Below, in pieces: positions 1 to 64,000 of a stretch of DNA of 64,000 nt. Source of the stretch: Lama guanicoe (taxonomy: Eukaryota). A program made the position numbers and the translations under genes. Below the pieces are notes generated by a model that made no database searches, was not told where the DNA came from, and saw only the letters and a program-made list of their open reading frames with translations. Every line of letters starts with the position of its first letter. The stretch's first letter is position 1. Location: the NCBI GenBank assembly GCA_013239625.1, contig MU054323.1:8111220-8175219 (forward strand). Reading direction: 5' to 3'.

Positions 1-960
1 TAAAAAACAAACAACCCAATCCAAAAATGAGCAGAAGACCTACACAAGCAATTCTCCAATGAAGACATACAAATGGCCAATAGGCACATGAAAAAATGCT
101 CAATCTTGCTAATTATCAGAGAAATGCAAATCAAAACTACAGTGAGGTATCACCTCACACCAGTCAGAATGGCCATCATTAAAAAGTCCACAAATGATAA
201 ATGCTGGAAAGGGTGTGGAGAAAAGGGAATCTCCCTACACTGTTGATGGGAATGTAGTTTGGTGCAGCCAGTATGGAAAACAGTATGGAGATTCCTCAAA
301 GAACTAAAAATAGATTTACCATATGATCCAGTAATCCCACTCCTGGGCATATATCCGGAGGGAACTCTAATTTGAAAAGATACATGCACCCCAATGTTAT
401 CATAGCAGCTTACAATAGCCAAGACATGGAAGCAAACTAATGTCCATTAACAGATGACTGGATAAAGAAGATGTGGTATATTTATACAATGGAATACTAC
501 TCAGCCATAAAAAATAATAAAATAATGCCTTTTGCAGCAACATGGTTGGAACTGGAGATTGCCATTGCAAGTGAAGTAAGCCAGAAAGAAAGAAAAATGA
601 CGTAAGATGTCACTTACATGTGGAATCTAAAAAAAAAGACAAATGAACTTATTTATAAAACAGAAACAGACTCACTGAAATAGAAAACATACTTATGGTT
701 ACCAAGGGGGGAAAGGGGTGGGAAAGGATAAATTGGGAGTTCAAGATTTTCAGATACTAACTACTATATATAAAATAGATAAACAACTAGTTTATACTGT
801 AGAGCAGAGGGAACTATATTCAGTATCTTATAGTAACCTATAATGAAAAAGAATATGAAACAAATATGTTTATATATATGTATGCCTGAACTATTATGTT
901 GTACACCAGAAATTGTACATTGTAAACTGACTATACTTCAATTAAAAAAAAAGAAGAAAA
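1..960 (+). mobile_element. Relatively young LINE-1 3' portion (end of ORF2, 3'UTR, poly-A), running off the window start
   Basis: Typical ORF2 C-terminal sequence (cacctcacaccagtcagaatggccatcatt; tgctggaaagggtgtggagaaaaggga) and an A-rich tail at about 941-960. The 3' half closely resembles the copy at 61389-61839. Confidence 0.93.
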
Positions 961-1124
961 TGTGCTTCAGTCGGTATACACTGGACACTAACTAAATCAC
1001 CAGGTGTCAACCAAGGTGCCACTGCCACCTGGTGGTAGCCTGTGCAAATTACAGGAACAGACACAAGGCAGCCTCTTGGAGCTCCTGCGTGGCCAACCTG
1101 AATCCAGGAGGTGATGGTGGGAGA

Positions 1125-1508
1125 AGATGCCACTAGGTGTCCCCCAATTTTCTTCTCTCCTGTTCTTCAAAAATTTTCCTGGGCACACAGCCACGTAGCT
1201 AAAGATTACGTCTCCTAGCCTACCTTGCAGCCAAGTGTGATTAAGGATCTAGATTCTAGCCAATATGAGTGAAAGTGATATTTGCAGCTTCCAGGTTGGG
1301 GATTTAAAGGGAAAGGAGTATGCCTCATCTTGACAATTCCTGTGCACTGGTATTGAGATGTGATGGAAAGCCATCTCTAACCATACAGATGCCAGTAACA
1401 AGATGGCAGGATATTGGTCCCTGACACCATGGAATCACCATACCACCTTCTTCTTGTTCACACCAATCTAACTTACTACAGCAGCTTAGCCTGTGCTCTG
1501 ACTAATGT
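1125..1508. mobile_element. Degenerate MaLR LTR (MLT1-like)
   Basis: MLT1-type motifs (tagcctaccttgcagccaagtgtga...ttctagccaat; end gcagcttagcctgtgctctgactaat); subfamily not determined. Confidence 0.6.
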
Positions 1509-1879
1509 GGATGGTAAATATCACACAGCTTGGGTCACAGAAAGGGCCTGGGGGCAGAGTGTGGCTGGATCAGCTTGGCTGAGGAAACGCAACCACAGGC
1601 ACATGTTCCTCCCAGTCAGTCGGTCAGTCGGTCAGTCAGGGAGTGCCCTGAGCTAGGTTGGCAGTGTGGAGAAGAGACAAATGAGGAAGAGGAGAAATGC
1701 ACTTTCTGGAAATTGCCATCTGGCTCAGCAGACAGAACCCAAGTGCACACAATAGGGGAAGAAAGTTTCACAGCGAGGTGTGTAAAATAAAGTAGCATTA
1801 GGTGTTAAATAGTAACAGATGTGCAAGTACTACTGAGACGTTGTTCCCTTTTGGCCTCTGAGTGCATGTTTCTCTTCTT

Positions 1880-2096
1880 CCTTAAAGGTCACCTCCCCTG
1901 TGAAGCCTTCCCTGACTCCCCCAGGCACTGAATTGCCTTTGTTATCACACCGCGATGTATCTGCTTACATGTCCATTTTGCATGTCCAGGAAATACCCAT
2001 GGCAGGTATGGCATCTTATCTTTAGGCTCCCATAGCACCTAGGTTGGTGTTTGATCATATATACTCAAGAGATATTTGTGCAATAAATGAATGAAG
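1880..2096 (+). mobile_element. L2 3' end fragment
   Basis: gtcacctcccctgtgaagccttccctgac...tagcacctagg...atatttgtgcaataaatgaatgaa. Confidence 0.7.
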
Positions 2097-2269
2097 ACAA
2101 GAGAAAACCAAGCCAGGGAAGGGGGACTGGCCCTCTATCCTGGAAAAGTTGAGTCCTGAACTAGAACTTCAAGGCTGTGAGTCAGGCTGTTCCAAGCTCA
2201 TGTTGATGGAGTAGGGGGCGGGAAAGAAGCTGGACTGAAGGGTCTGTGTGGAGTTGGGGGGTCACCTCA

Positions 2270-62591
<60,322 letters not shown>

Positions 62592-64000
62592 CTGGGTGGG
62601 GGAAAGAGGAAATTAGAGTCAGACACCCTGGATCACAAGCTGCGGTCAGATCTCTTGCCCTGGGAGTCATCATTACAGCACTGGAGTTCACACAGCCCTT
62701 GTTAACAACTCTGGGACCTCCTATCTGTACGGCACCCTCCAGGATGAGGCGAATTCCCATATTGCCTTGTCTGACCCTCTCAGCAGCCCCGTGAGGCAGG
62801 CAGGTCAAAGGCCATTAGCTCCATCTGACAAGGGGGACACTAACGTAAAAAGGCTGGTCAGAGGTAGACGTGGGAGTGGATCCCCGGTGTCTCCTCCACT
62901 GTGCTGCATTCCCAGGGGCTCTCTTGGCCTCCTTTTGCTGCCTCTGCAGCTCTATTGGCTTTCCCTGGCCTGCAGCTCCTCTGAGCAGAAGCCTGGCCCC
63001 GAGGGCGTCGGTGCCTCCCAGCTGACAGCTCCATTCTAGAACTATGTCTGCAGCCAGCCCTGGGACAACCAGGCACATCCCAGGCCTTCTTTCCCATAAG
63101 AAGGGCCTTAACTTTCCTCTACTTTCCTTTTCCTACTGGCACAGGAAAGAGAGTGTGAGAGGGGCTGCATGTCCCTGGACCCCACCACCACCCCACACTC
63201 ATACACCACCCACTGAGGCAAAGTAAGGCTGCCCACTTCTCTAGCCCATCCAGTCAGAACAGGCCCAGGTTGCTGCAAGAACCACAACCAGGAGAGAAGG
63301 AGGGCAGGGGAGGAGACATGGGTCAGTCCAGTTCACTTTGAGAAACATTCACTGGAGTCTAGACATACTGAGCCACCTTCTGGAGATTTAAGACAGAGGG
63401 ATGGATAAAGTGCACAGGGTCCTGCCCTCAGGGGGCTGACGGTCAAGTAGCGGAGGGCAGGGAATCAGAATGTGTCACCAGGCCAACACCATTCAATACC
63501 CCAAGACACAATTTTGCATGAGATAGAGAAGTGGTTCAGAGAAGGAAGGATAAATACTGGGTTTTTTTTGGGGGGGGGGAGTGGGAATACATGGAAGAGG
63601 CTGTAATTTCTTTGAGGAGAAACCTAGAGATAGGGTGGACTAAAAAGAAATTATTATTTAGGAATAATAAATTAGTATCTGTTGACTGTACACCAAAAAA
63701 GTAGAATGTATAATAGAATCCTGTTTATTTAAAAAAAAAATCCAAGCCTAATTGTTTTATAGGTGAATGGATCAAAGTCTCAAACCATTGAAAGTGGTTA
63801 TCACTGAGCAGGGGGAGTGAAAAGAGACTGAAAGCAGTATCCTTTGGTTTTTTACTGCATACACTTGAATTTGACATTTTTTTCAATGACTGTGTTTCAA
63901 TTTTGTATTTGAAAGAAGGCTTTTAAATCCCCACCAACCTAAACTAGCAAACCATTTCACTGAAAGGCTACCTCCAGGTTGAACTCAGTCCCACTCTGAG

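Overview
Mammalian genomic DNA, most likely a camelid, judging from tRNA-derived SINEs that resemble the Tylopoda vic-1 family. The whole window lies inside the otoferlin gene (OTOF) on the minus strand. I mapped coding exons 2-32 (human long-isoform numbering, from memory) from 62591 down to 2297 by translation, GT-AG boundaries and phase continuity. Exon 1 and exons 33 onward lie outside the window. The introns hold L1, L2, CR1/L3, MIR, vic-1-like SINE, MaLR LTR and hAT fossils, plus one 30-N gap. The main points of interest are: (1) the expected acceptor and first codons of exon 18 are missing, and the only usable AG frameshifts; (2) a 45-nt cassette exon lies next to a candidate internal first exon encoding M-A-T-R in frame with exon 6, predicting a C2A-less isoform; (3) the 20-aa alternative insert of exon 30 has no RXR motif; (4) intron 5 holds a perfect 18-bp hairpin; (5) intron 3 holds an unexplained 39-bp direct repeat. 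I found no evidence for a second protein-coding gene or any prokaryote-type system. Repeat family names and orthologue comparisons come from recall, not database searches.
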